This document shows positions 25,866-38,173 of a stretch of DNA of 38,467 nt, in pieces. Origin of the DNA: Squalus acanthias (lineage: Eukaryota); contig JASTWF010000366.1 in the NCBI GenBank assembly GCA_030390025.1, positions 434,001-472,467 of the forward strand, in the 5' to 3' direction. How positions within the stretch are numbered: the first letter of the stretch is position 1; the number at the start of each line of letters is the position of its first letter. The notes beneath the pieces are model-generated. The model was given only the letters and a program-made list of their open reading frames with translations, was not told the origin of the DNA and did no database searches. The position numbers and the translations under genes were made by a program.

Positions 25866-27064
25866 AAGGTGAGTAGTGGTGTTCCACAAGGATCAGTGCT
25901 GGGACCACTGCTGTTCACAATTTACATTAATGATTTAGACTTTGGAATCAAAAACACAATTTCTAAATTTGCAGATGACACCAAATTGGGGGGGGGATAG
26001 TCAATACTGAGGAGGACTGCAACAAATTACAGGACATTAATAAACTTGCAGAATGGGCAAATAATTGGCAAATGAAGTTCAACACAGATAAATGTGAGGT
26101 ATTACATTTTGGTAGGAAGAATAGGGAGGTCACATCACTTGGAGGGTGCGAGTCTAGGTGGGGTAGAGGAACAAAGGGATCGCGGAGTACAAATACACAA
26201 ATCACTAAAAGTTGCGCCACAGGTTAGCAAGGCCATAAAAAGAGCAAACCAAGCTCTAGGATTTATTTCTAGAGGGATAGAATTGAAAAGTAGGGAAGTT
26301 ATGCTAAACCTGTATCGAACCTTGGTTAGAGCACACTTAAGAGTACTGCATGCAGTATGGTTGCCATATTATAAAAAAGGATACAGAGGCACTGGAGAGG
26401 GTGCAGAGAAGATTTACAAGGCTGATACCAGAAATGCGAGGGTGTACATATCAGGAAAGGATGAACAGGCTGGGTCTCTTTTGAAAAAAGGCTGAGGGGT
26501 GACCTAATGGAGGTCTTTAAAATTATAAAAGGTTTTGATAGATGGATAGAGAGAGAATGTTTCCACTTGTGGGGCAGAGCATAACTAGAGGCCATCACTA
26601 TAAGATAGTCACCAAGAAATCCAATAGGGAATTCAGAAGAAACTTATTTACCCAGAGTGGTAAAAATGTGGAACTCGTTACCACAGGGAGTGGTTGAAGC
26701 GAATAGTATAGATTTAAGGGGAGGCTGGACAAGCATATGAGGGAGAAGGGAATCGAGGGTTACGCTGATAGATTTATATGAGGAAAGATGGGAGGAGGCT
26801 CAAGTGGAGCATAAACGCCGGCATGGACTGGTTGGGCCGAATGGCCTGTTTCTGTGCCGTATATCCTATGTAATTACAAGAGGGATATATGTTGTAGTCC
26901 GTAAGAAATGCCACAGAAGAACTATACTATCATACACTGCATTATACAGTATAATGCTATTATAAAATCACCACAGGAGATTTTTTAAAATCTGTTTGTT
27001 GTATTCCACCTGGTCCATAATTTTTTTTTTTTTTAGACAAGTTTAAATATAAATTTTAAGGTTC

Positions 27065-27400
27065 CCCTGATGGCTCAGCAAACTTCTACAGTGAGTAACA
27101 GAGACAGAGAGAAGAGGAGGACCAGGTTCTATCCCTGATCTATGATGTTCATGATCTCAGCTGGGGTGCCAGGAGGGTTACTACGATTGGCTTCAGTGCT
27201 ACTGGGTTAGGTGGAAAAACTACATTCTAGCAACCCTTCAACCCTTGTTGGGTGTTGGACAAGGAGAGGATTGGGCGAGGCTGTGATTCCCCTGTGGTTG
27301 AACAGCCTACTGACACTCGCAGATGAATAATAGCTACTTGGGCAAAGTAGCCTAGGGTGCCCATGGAATTGCGCCCCAGTGAGGGGTAAATGGCTTCAGA
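27065..27400 (+). mobile_element. Second SINE family copy
   Basis: tggctcag head, accaggttctatccctg, gatctcagctgggg, ggctgtga and gaacagcct blocks. Confidence 0.65.
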
Positions 27401-27784
27401 TTTTTTTTTTTTTTTGAGGGGGGCGGGGTAAATTGTTCAAAAGCGAAATTAAAAAAGTGAACCTCACAACCTAGCCTCCCTCATGCCATTTCCAAGGCTG
27501 GCTACTGAAATAGCATTTCTGAGTGCTCAAATGTGAAGTTTCTATGCCAGTATCTGAAACAAGTGCTGAAAAAAAAAATCACACTTCAGTGTCCAGCAAA
27601 CAACAAACATGGCGGTTCCAGGTGGTGTGCAAACATATAAGAGTTGATTAGGAGTAAATATTGAGGGGAAGAGGAAGATTAAGAAACTATTTTTTGAACA
27701 AGTTTTCAAAGATAAAAGCCTTATCCCAGAATATTCCTTCAATGCAGAACCTTGATGATACAATTTTTGTACTAATAACATGGT

Positions 27785-29295
27785 GGAGGAGCTAGCGAAA
27801 GGGCTTGCCATAATTTTCCAATCTTCCTAGATGCGGGGGAGGTGCCCGAGGATTGGAAAGTGGCAAATGTAACACCATTGTTCAAGAAAGGGTGTAAGGA
27901 TAATCCTAGTAACTACAGGCCGATCAGTTTAACATCAGTGGTGGGTAAAGTTTTAGAAACAATAATCAAGGAAAAAATTAACGGGCACTTGGAGAGGTTT
28001 AAGCTAATTAAGGAGAGCCAACACGGGTTTGTAAAAGGAAGATCGTGTTTGACTAATCTAATTGAATATTTTGATTAAGTAACAGAGAGGATTGATGAAG
28101 GGAATGCAATGGATGTTGTCTACATGGATTTTCGGAAAGCGTTTGACAAAGTACCACATAGAAGGCTGGTTAACAAAATTGAGGCTCATGGAATAGGTGG
28201 GTCAGTGACAGCTTGGACAAGGAATTGGCTTAAGGACAGAAAACAGCGAGTTGTGGTAAATGGCTGTTTTTCAGACTGGAGGATGGTAGACAGTGGTGTT
28301 CCCCAAGGGTCAGTGCTGGGGCCACTGCTTTTTTTGATAAATATATATAAAAAAATGACCTGGATATTGGAATACAGAGTAGAATTTCTAAATTTGACGA
28401 TGACACCAAACTTGGGGGTGTGGCAAACAGCAATGATGATATCAATCGACTGCAACAGGACATAGAAAAGTTAGCAGAATGGGCAGACAAGTGGCAGATG
28501 GAGTTTAATACAGAGAAATGTGAGGTGATGCATTTTGGCAGAAGGAACAGGAGAGGCAATATACACTTAATGGCACAGTTTTAAAGAGTGTGCAGGGACA
28601 GAGGGACCTGGGAGTTAATGTGCATAGGTCCCTGAAGGTGGCAGGACATATTGAGAGAGTGGTTAACAAAGCATATGGGATCTTGGGCTTCATAAATAGA
28701 GGTATTGAGGACAAAAGTAGAGAAGTTATGCTGAACCTTTATAAAGTGCTGGTTAGGCCACAACTGGAGTATTGCATCCAGTTCTGGTCACCACACTTTA
28801 GGAAGGATGTGAAGGCCCTTGAGAGGGTGCAGAGGAGATTTACCAGAATGGTTCTGGGGATGGTGGATCTTAGCTACAAGGATAGGTTGGAGAAGCTGGA
28901 TTTGTTTTCATCAGAGCAAAGGAGGTTGAGGGGTGATTTGATAGAGGTGTACAAGATTATGACGGGTTTGGATAGGCTAGACAGGGGAAAGGCTGTTTCC
29001 ACTAGTTGATGGTACAAGGACTAGGGGACACAGATTTAAGGTTTTGGGCAAGAGATACAGGGGGGGACGTGAGGAAAAACTTTTTTACACAGCGAGTGGT
29101 GATGACCTGGAATTCGCTGCCGACGGAAGTGGTGACACTCAATGTTTTCAAGGGGAGACTGGATAGGCACTTGAGGGAAATAAACTTGCAGGGCTACGGG
29201 GATAGAGCAGGGGAATGGGACTGACTGGATTGCTCCACAGAGAGCCGGCATGGACTCGATGGGCCGAATGGCCTCCTTCTGTGCAGTTATGACCT
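27785..29295 (+). mobile_element. 5'-truncated CR1 LINE (RT and 3' UTR)
   Basis: ORFs 27842..28078, 28109..28465 and 28590..29009 with CR1 RT motifs; tail gggccgaatggcctccttctgtg; possible ATGGT TSD. Confidence 0.9.
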
Positions 29296-29369
29296 ATGGT
29301 CATTATTTATATAATGCTGTTAAGTAAAACAGAACTTTGCATAGTGCATCAACATAACCTGTAATGTGG

Positions 29370-29705
29370 TTCATATGGACAAGGAAGAGCTGGAGTTCAA
29401 TTCCTGGTCTGAGCTGACTTACTCAATCTCAATTCCAGCAGCAGTGGGATAAGTGCAACAATGGCCTGGGCATCCCCAGGATGGAGGAAAAGGAGAAACC
29501 AGGGTTCCTATTCATGATAGATATTGAGTATCCTCTGCTTGAAGTGCACTCGTAGGATAACAGAAGAGGGCAGATTGACACTTTTTAGGTTCACAGATGA
29601 AGAATGGACACTTTAGCAAGTTATTAAATGGCTACCACTGCTCATTGAACCATAATGTAGTATGAGTCATCACCTTCAGTAGAAGTGGCATAAGGGAGGA
29701 AAAAG
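29370..29705 (+). mobile_element. Second SINE family copy
   Basis: gagttcaattcctggtctg, accagggttcc, atgaagaatggacact and caccttcag blocks. Confidence 0.55.
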
Positions 29706-30024
29706 AAATGTATAAAACTACCTCTAATTTTTCAGCTAAAATTGATCTCTTTTGGGACTTTCTGTTATAATAGTGGCGCACAGCTAAATCCACTTTACCA
29801 CATATAGCTAAGAAAATCTGTTTGGTATGAATAAATGTTCTACAATGTCTTAATTGCCCTGGCTAGGATTCAGGTGTTAGGATAGATAATGGCAGACAAA
29901 GTACTCAATAATGATTGTGGAGGGGTATCCAGAGTCTGAATTTTCAGTTCACAGCTAACCATTCAATACATCCGTATTGTTCAGAAGTGCCTTAAACAGG
30001 ATTCTTTAACAGCAAAATCTAATA

Positions 30025-30379
30025 CAGGAAACTCTCTTTTAACCGGCACCCAAATAACCGGAAATCTCTCTTAACCGGCAAAATTCTTGAGTAGGTAACC
30101 AGGGTTTTCCTTCATCTCTCCTTCAAAAATAACTTTAAAAAAAACCCCGAGGCGTTTGCCTTGTATCGGAGCATGTAGATTGGGAGGGGAATGTGCAGCC
30201 CGGGTAGGCAGCTGACATGACAGATGGTCAGCTGGCGGTCCCCGGGGAGACGGAGCTCCGAATGCAGGCGCATGTCAGTGTGTACGGGGCTCTCGTACGT
30301 TGGGAGATATAACTCTCCGTTATCCGGACTTTTTGATTAACCGGCACCACGCCGGTCCCGGTTAATAAAGAGTTTCCTG
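30025..30379. mobile_element. pogo/Tigger-type MITE
   Basis: 22-bp TIRs CAGGAAACTCTnTnTTAACCGG (2 mismatches), TA on both flanks, repeated subterminal TAACCGG. Confidence 0.88.
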
Positions 30380-30466
30380 TATCTGGATTCTGTCACTAAA
30401 TCTTTATTTCCCCCCTCTTTCACGAAGTGGTTATCAAAAATTTCAAACAGGCATTTAAAAACTTAC

Positions 30467-30636
30467 TTCAGTGTACCCATCAGTCTCTTAGGCTGAGTAG
30501 CAAGTTCCCCCTCTGTGTAATTCTCTGCATTCAGAAGATAGCTGGCTTGTATCTGTTCCATCGATACAATCAAGCTGTGCAAGTTGCAGATCAGCTCTAA
30601 ACAGATTGGCAATTCCTCTTGACCATTTAATATGTC
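30467..30636 (-). CDS. USP1: USP1 exon 5, DILNGQEELPICLELICNLHSLIVSMEQIQASYLL...ELATQPKRLMGTL
   Basis: atag acceptor and gtaagt donor; 170 nt, phases 0/2. Confidence 0.95.
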
Positions 30637-31113
30637 CTATAGTACAGAAGCATTCACAGATCAGTACTGTACTTCAAATTTTAGTTGGCTAAAATCTGTC
30701 AAATCCAGCAACTGGCAGGATATATTTGATCAGGATTAACTGCTGTTCTACACTGGTAATTTCCCTTTTACAAAAAACTCGGCTCACATTATTTTGAAGA
30801 AAAATAAGGTTTCACATTTTTCTAATTTCAGTTATGTGACCATAATTATCTCATAACAGCTTTACTTTGCTGAAAGCCTCTATTTACATTGTTTCTCCTA
30901 CTGCTCAGTGGGTAAAGACATCGCCCAGTTTGATGTGATGCTAAGTCACAGGTTAGAAAGGTACTCACTTCAATCCCATGTGTGCTGCTTTCTGAAATCT
31001 GCCAGAGTATTACAAATGGCTCCTCAGAGAGGAAAGAAATACCCTAATAGTCAGGGAATAAGCATAGCATTCTAAACCTAATACTTTGCAAGTGTATTTT
31101 TATTCCTGATTAC

Positions 31114-31221
31114 CTGGTCTTTTTTGGGGTCCTCCTCACTCTTCAGTATCTCTTGTTTCTTGGAGATTATGTCATAGATGAATTTCATCCCAGTTTTAAA
31201 TCCAGGGCAATAATACAACAC
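31114..31221 (-). CDS. USP1: USP1 exon 4, VLYYCPGFKTGMKFIYDIISKKQEILKSEEDPKKDQ
   Basis: ctag acceptor and gtaatc donor; 108 nt, phase 0/0. Confidence 0.95.
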
Positions 31222-31489
31222 CTAGTCATTAAAAAAAATATTTTAACAAAATTTGACCATTGTCTGAATTTACACAGGGACCACTTTTTCAGCATGAATT
31301 TGCTGAACATCAACTGCTAAATAGAATCAAACAATATTACAGCACAGAAACAGGCTATTTGGTTCAAGTCTGTGCCAAAGTATTTCACCACTAGCCACCT
31401 AGTCTAAGTCCAATACCCTTGAATATTATTCTTTGAATCAACGATCTAATTCCAATTTAAAATAATTTATCAACGCTGCTTCAATAAAG

Positions 31490-31800
31490 AAAAGAAAGAT
31501 TTGCATTTATATAGCGCCTTTCAAAATCTCAGGATGCCCCAAAGCGCTTTACAGGCACCGAAGTACTATTTGAAGTGTAGTCATTGTTGTAATATAGGAA
31601 ATGCGGCAGCCAATTTGTGCACCGAAAGGTCCCACAAACAGCAATGACCAGATAATCTATTTTTTAGTGATGTTAGTTTAGGGATAAATATTGGCCAGGA
31701 CATCGGGGAAAACTCCCCTGCTCTTCTTCAAAATAGTGCCATAGGATCTTTTACATCCACCTGAGAGGCGAGAGTGCTACCAACTGAGCCACAGCTGACA
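31490..31800 (-). mobile_element. tRNA-headed DeuSINE-like element (resembles SacSINE1/AmnSINE), internally deleted
   Basis: Minus strand: A-box head gctgtggctcagttggtagc, central aggtggatgtaaaagatcctatggcact...gtcctggccaatattt, tail aaaggcgctatataaatgc; family name from recall only. Confidence 0.7.
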
Positions 31801-32209
31801 CACTAACGGTCTGTGGCAAAATCTAACAACCTTCTCTGATGATTTTTTTTCTAACCTCCTCCTTAATTCCTTTTGGGATTATTTTAAAGTTATGCCTTCT
31901 TGTTATTATCTCATCGATCAGTGGGGAAAATCTATCACTGTTTACCAATTTGATTTTTTTTGTGGTAGGTGCATGGTCAAGGGGAATATTGAAAATAGCA
32001 GCACAGCGACAGGACATGTACCGTCAATTTTCAATGTTTTAAAAATCAAAGCCTGATTAAAAGTAATCCAAGTGTTTGCTAAATGGTAATGCAGATTCTT
32101 AGCTTCAAAAAATACACAAACGTGTCTCATGAATCGGTCATACAGCTCTTCTTTCTGGCCGAATTGTAGTTCTTTGTTTCTCTGCAAAGGAGGAAACAGA
32201 AGCACCACT

Positions 32210-32350
32210 ACTACCTTATTACATTGCTCAGAAGTGTCTCAAAGCACTTCAGAACAATGTATTACTATGAAGTACAGTGACTTATGAAAGTAAATGCAGC
32301 AGCCATTTTGTGCACAAGATCCCACAAAAAGCAATGAGATGCATGACCCA
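32210..32350 (-). mobile_element. Degraded 3' part of the same SINE family
   Basis: Aligns by eye with 31510-31650 (caaagcact/gcagccattttgtgcac/cccacaaa motifs). Confidence 0.55.
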
Positions 32351-33175
32351 GTAAATCTAGAAATTAGGAAAGACAAAGGCCATTCTCACTTCTGTTACCC
32401 AGGTACTGTTTCAGAACCAAATCTGACCATTTTCACCTAACCCATATCCATTTTAGTGTCAAATACTGATCAGGATTTCAACAATGTTGGGTTTTTAAAA
32501 TAAAAAAAAACACATGTTTTTGAGGGTGGCATACCAGTTTATAAATACATACACAAGTGTTGCATTTATGAAGAGGATTTCTAGAACTGCAACAGAACCA
32601 CAGTAATACTTAAAAAAAAAACCCTGAAGTGCAGTAAAAATAAATTGAGTGGAACAATGTAAACAGAAACAAAATTTATAGTACTCAAAAACAGATGAAA
32701 CAGCACCACATAACTCACAGTAGGCATATTTATACCAGTGGATTTAAATGCCTAACACAAGAAAGCCTGGATAGCTCTACACATTGTACACGATTGCAAA
32801 CTGAATTGGATGAAACAGAAGGTCTTTTCCTGTCCTTCATTGTTTATATGCTTAAAAAAATACCATCGGGATAAATGGAGAAACTGAAGATCTTACATTT
32901 AAGCAGAGTTACATGTTCACGTGTAATTTTACTAGTGTTAGAATGTCTGATATGATATTAGAGGGAATGATACTCCCTGCTTAGGGCTAGCCAATCTAAT
33001 TTAAATGAACAGGTGACTTAAAAAAATACATTATATAAATAAAAAAGTACCAATTGATCAGTCTACTTCAGAATTCATGTTACAAAATCAGAAAGAGAGT
33101 AATGTAATTTGATTACATGTACTAGTGAAGACAATTCAAGGAATTGGCACCACCTCTAAAATCAGTCTACTTTAC

Positions 33176-33305
33176 CTGAAGTACACTATTGAGGTAACAC
33201 GTATTTCCCAGGTTGTTCAGGCCCACAAAAGGTAGAAGCTCCTCCTTCTTTTCATATCCAACTGCAGAAGATATCAATGGGGCTCCAGAAACAACCTTGT
33301 CACAT
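33176..33305 (-). CDS. USP1: USP1 exon 3 with the catalytic Cys box, LPFVGLNNLGNTCYLNSVLQ
   Basis: atag acceptor and gtaaag donor; 130 nt, phases 2/0. Confidence 0.96.
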
Positions 33306-33798
33306 CTATTTTAGGAATGGGGGGGAAAAAGTCACATTACCAGTACAATAATTAATAATTCTGAACAAAAAGGTTCAAAAGACCTTGCAATCATTGAACA
33401 TAAAGTCATGGATATATTAAATCAAAAATATTTCAAATCACAGTAAAATAAATTACTCTGAACAAAAAAGGGACACTGGCATGACAACTAGGTATACACA
33501 ATAACCATAAATTAACAAAGTATTGAGAAACACAACTCAAGGTGTCCTTTGTGGATGGGTGGACCACTGCAAGTCAAGTAAATAAATTGATGCCCACCAT
33601 GCGCTCAGCACCAGCCAGAAGCTAGTCTGAGATTTCTTGACATGGCAGGGAAAAATATTAAAATATAAATAAATTTCCTATATTGAGGGAAATAATTATG
33701 TAACTTAGCATATGAAGTGGGAGAGAGAAGGAGAAAGAAGAATACTGTACTTATATTGAAATTATTCCCAATATTTATTATTTAATTGCCTGATTATA

Positions 33799-34551
33799 GG
33801 GCCAGAAATTCGGCTCTTGTCGGGTGAGTACGCGCTGTGTACTCACCCGTAAGGCCACCTGAAGTGCCGGTTTCCTGCATGCACGGGAAACCGGAACTTC
33901 CGTTCCCCTGAAGGAAGGGGTTCAGAAGTCGAACGTGTGCGCGGGAGAGGCTGCGCGCACGCAGCGAACTTCAGTATTTTTTTCAGGTTTCTCCGGGAAG
34001 GTAAGTATGAAGAAGCTGCGTTTTTAAAAAGGAGGCGCAAGGCCTGTTTTTAACAAGGTAAGTGGTTAATTAATTACAATTTAAACATTTTATCAACAGG
34101 TTTATCTTTTTTTAGATACTTTAAAGAAAGGTAAGTTTATTTTTAGCACCGTTAAAAAGTATAATTAATTTTTTCAAAAATTTAAATTTTTGTTTAAAGT
34201 AGTTAATTTATTTAACTTAGTTATTTTAAAAATGTGATGTTTTTTTAAAAAATTATTTGAAGTTTAAGTGTGGTTTTGGGGCCGATCTCTATTCATAGAT
34301 TTGACAGGTCTTCCTGTCAAATCTATGAATGAAAATGCCCTGTTAGGATTGGCTCTCCATGGCCCACGTGATCCCAGGGGACGCTTCGAACTAATTGCGC
34401 CCCTGGGATACACAAGCACTGCGCGCCGGCAGCTGGAGGAGGCCCAGGACCCGAAGTCCTCGTGGGCCCAAAGCACAACTGCAGGCGCGGTAGGCAAGTA
34501 CGCGCGCGATGCTTGCACCCGCAGGAAGCCTGAAAGCCGAATTTCTGGCCC
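33799..34551. mobile_element. Non-autonomous TIR DNA transposon (MITE), hairpin-rich, superfamily uncertain
   Basis: Perfect inverted repeat TATAGGGCCAGAAATTCGGCT (33795-33815 and 34535-34555), TSD TA or TATA; CpG-rich arms and AT-rich centre. Confidence 0.88.
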
Positions 34552-35086
34552 TATATGTAATTGAACATACCAAAAGAAAACTCCTTACAGGACTTAGCAA
34601 GTGAATCTACATTTTCAGCTATAGGCATCAGAATTCCGCAAAAAAAATATACTGGAGATATTCATCAAACAAAATAAATCTTTTGCAGAATTTTCTTACC
34701 CAACTTCTATTTTTGTCAGAAAAATATTACAGAACATTAATGGGGAAGGAAACTGTAAGCCAGTGTACATTTTGTCCAAAAGTCTTTCTTACCCCCTTCG
34801 CCTATTTATAAAGCAACCTTGTGAAAACAAGGTACCAGGTGGATAGGCCACAATGTGTAGATTTGTTAAACTTTCCCTTCCTGCTCGAACAGACTATTTC
34901 AGGTTTCAGCTCAGGAACAGCTCAGCAACTTCCAGTAGAAGCTGCTTTGGCGGTAATCTTTCTGGTCCTGGCGGCAACCCAGCCAGGCAACTTAAGTACT
35001 GGACGAGCAGTGTTCCATCAGAGGCACCAATTATCCTGATTTATTCCTCCCCTGCATTCATTACCTTCCACCCTCCCTCAGATTTA

Positions 35087-35655
35087 TAGTCGAGTTTGCA
35101 TAACGTTAAGTTACCTATTGTTATAATATGCATAATGCTATACTGGCGGCCAGTCCACATTTCAGTTTGCATACTGTTATGTCCATATGATGTTGTAATT
35201 CATCTAATGTTATGCAAATTTGAGGTCCTGATTAACAAAAGATCAAATAATGTGATACTGTATTTGAAGCGCCAACAACAACTTGCATGGTGGAGATTAG
35301 ATAATTTTATGTGAATATTTTAATTTAATTTCACTGCAATAAGGATTTTTTTAAGTTATTTTGGAATTTTTTATCTTCAAAATTGAATCACAAGCAATTG
35401 CTGCTTCAATTTTTGCCAGACTAGCCAACATTTGAGTAAACAAGTCACTAGATGAGCATTGCATATAATATTGAATGTCAGAGAGCATCTTGAGACAGGT
35501 TGGAGGATCAGGAGCAACATCATCATCCAGCAAATGGCTTCAAAACAGTCTAGAAGTGTTTACAAGTGTTTATAAGGAAAGTTCCCTATTGTTACAGTAC
35601 GTATGTTATAATTTTGTCCAGTCCAATAAAGCATAACATTAGGCAGACTTGTCTG
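35087..35655 (-). mobile_element. Old internally deleted Tigger/pogo-like transposon
   Basis: Degenerate TIRs (TAGTCGAGTTTGCATAACGTTAAG vs CAGACAAGTCTGCCTAATGTTATG, 17/24) flanked by TA; repeated GCATAA motifs; ORF 35351..35533 resembles a Tigger transposase C-terminus (..KNSKIT, cf. KQxKITDFF). Confidence 0.6.
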
Positions 35656-36081
35656 TATTTATTTCTCGGCTATTCTAGGATCCCCCCCCCCCCCCCCCCC
35701 CCGCCGCTCCCCTCACCACCACACCCTTCCTTCCTAATACTCTCCATTCAGTTTAGTCTTGTAGGGACCCAAAATCACAGACTGAGCCATCAATGACACG
35801 GACTTCCAACAAGCTCAAGCACCAACAGTATCAAAATGCTAACTATACTTCCTCTGACAAAAGAGCAGGAATACTTAAAAAAAAAACAGTATTAAATAAA
35901 AAAGGCATCCTGTATGTAACAACGTACAAGCCAGAAAGCATATTTATGATGCAGTCTCATGTCCTACATTCAATGTGTATCAATTTTCCACTACCTTACT
36001 GAAAACACATTAGCACAACATTGCGATCATCACAAACTCAACTTTGCAGAATTTATTGGACTGATAAATCATGCAACATAC

Positions 36082-36245
36082 TTATCCAGCCTTTTTGGCT
36101 CTGAAGAATTTTGTTCATTTTCTTGCTTCTCAGTAAAATCAAGTGCTCGTTTGGCTTCCTTTTTCTGAAAGAACTTAAGGGAAAGTCGTTTCCTTTTGGT
36201 TGGGCTCCCCCTTCCATTACTCTCATTCTGCATAAGGCCAGGCAT
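36082..36245 (-). CDS. USP1: USP1 first coding exon (exon 2), MPGLMQNESNGRGSPTKRKRLSLKFFQKKEAKRALDF...
   Basis: ATG at 36245-36243, 8 nt after a ctag acceptor (36255-36254); gtatgt donor; matches the recalled USP1 N-terminus; non-coding exon 1 not located. Confidence 0.96.
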
Positions 36246-37329
36246 CCTCGTCACTAGTAAACAGAAACAAAAACTTTGTGGATTGAAATAAGACTGCTTT
36301 CTGTTCACAGCTATAACCTAGCAGCTTGTTAAATATATGGATTTACTACATGATGAGTTGTATTCCTGTTTAAAAAGTTAGAAATCTCTGCTCAGTTGCA
36401 TTATGAAAGCAATGCTAAACTTAAATTATGAAACCATGTTCTCAACTGAATATACATCATTTTTATCTACTGAATTTACACAGGAACCAGAACCCAACCT
36501 ACTGCCATGCATGAACTGGAAAACAAACATGTAGAACCCATCACTGGTAATAGGAAAAACCAGGAATATGTCATGGCTAGCTTAATTATAACTACTTTCA
36601 GAAGTGCAGCTGAAGAATAATTTGCTAATAGAATTTCAACTGAAAAAAAATCAATGTAAGAGTGTTTTTGTACAAGAAATCAGTTGAAGCTAGTTTGTGA
36701 TGTCACTGGCATTATGACATCATAATTACTAAGCACTTTATAACTGACCCCTGGCAATTCCCCACGTGAATGTGTAAATAAAGGATGCGTAATTACTTTC
36801 ATTAATCAGCGGAATAAACTATTTTCCATGGCAGGCCTCGACATATCTACTTAATAAAATATTCCATTTAAATTGAATATTTTCAGTTTCTGTAGCCCCA
36901 GAAAGTAATTCAGAGCTGCTTAATGATATAATTTGGCAGTGATATCATACAATTTCCACTACTATTTCCCAGTGTAATGTTTTCTTACTAAAACAGTCCT
37001 AAATTACAGAACAAAATGTTTATGAATCAATGATTTTAGCTTTAATTACACACCATATAGAGCAAGTTCAAATCACATTTAAAACTCATTTTAAAACCTC
37101 ATATGAAATGATACAAAGGGCATGCAACTTGTACTTTGCTTACTTTTAGATAAGAACCAAATTTATTAAATATACTATGAACAAGTGACAATCATTTTTA
37201 TATTACTGTAACAGGCAATGCCTACACTCAGGAAATAGGTTGGAGATGCTAATGTTAATCTCACATGCATGTACTGATATAGAACATAACCACCAAATAT
37301 ATCTATTTTAAATAGAAACACCAACAAGC

Positions 37330-37975
37330 ATGCTTGACCAGGATAATGACCGGAATAGTGGGCAAGTAGGGCTTGGTCCTGGACAGGATAACAGCAGCGG
37401 AGTTTTGGACCAACTGAAAATTTTCATGGGAAGGATAGGAGGCGTGCAAAGAGAACACTGGAGTAATTAAGACTGGAGGTGATAAAGGCATGAATGAGGG
37501 TTTCATGGCAGATGGGTGGAAGCAGAGGCAGGTCATGTTAGAAATGGAAATAGGTGCTCTTTGTGATGGAGAGGTTATGAGGTCAGAAAGTCAGGCCACT
37601 GGAGGTGTGAACACTCTGCTCAGCCAAACAGTGGCCAGAGAGGGAGATAGAGTCCATGGCAAGGTTCAAAGACGATGGTTTTGGTCTTCCCACCTGATGA
37701 GCTAGAGGAAGTTGAGGCTCATCTAAGACTGGATGTTGGACAAACAGTCTGACAGCATAGAGGCAATTGAAGAGTCGAGAGAGGTAGAGCTGGTTGTCAT
37801 CGGCATACGTGTGGAAGCTGACCCTGTGTCTGCAGATTATGCCACAAAGGGGCAGTATATAGATTAGGAAGAGGGGCTAAGAATTAATCCATGGGAGACT
37901 CCAAAAGTGACAATGCAGGGGTAGAAGAGAACCATTGCTAGAGATGCTCCATCTATGATCAGATAGTTACGAGTG
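37330..37975 (-). mobile_element. Degraded L2-like LINE RT fragment
   Basis: Minus-strand peptides LIHAFITSSLNYS and FQLVQNSAAVILSRTK, typical of the L2 RT C-terminal region. Confidence 0.7.
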
Positions 37976-38173
37976 GTATTTTTCAAACTAAGTTAGATGA
38001 GATAATATTTTATAATAACAGTAATGTCATACCATGTAATACACAATTATTCTGCTGCTAAAGTGCAGCTGTTTCAACTGACCAGCCCTCTAACGCCACA
38101 CTTGCTGTAAATCTTACGTATAATCACTACATATAAAATAGAACACAAGGGTGTGACTAATGAAGAGCGCCAC

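Larger units (their letters stand above)
19535..26873 (+). mobile_element. Near full-length degenerate CR1-clade LINE (host element), about 4.2 kb after removing three nested insertions
   Basis: ORF1 from ATG 19852 with CxxC..CxxC finger and SGNH esterase motifs (GDSIIRG, HVGTND, DGLHLN; ends 20769). ORF2 endonuclease (GITETWL, GVVYRPP, SDH) and RT ([30 protein letters not shown]) with many frameshifts. CR1-type 3' tail. The 5' boundary is approximate (possible TTA duplication). Confidence 0.9.

Noticed and set aside
30895..30990. tRNA-like A/B boxes
   Set aside because: SINE head remnant; no cloverleaf.
33799..34551. CpG-rich segment as the USP1 promoter or CpG island
   Set aside because: It lies in intron 2 and is bounded exactly by transposon TIRs.
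35682..35702. Poly-C run giving a poly-Pro ORF (also 6536-6548)
   Set aside because: Simple homopolymers whose length is unreliable in assemblies.
11553..36245. USP1 as a pseudogene
   Set aside because: Only one lesion; catalytic residues, splice sites and the syntenic position are all intact.
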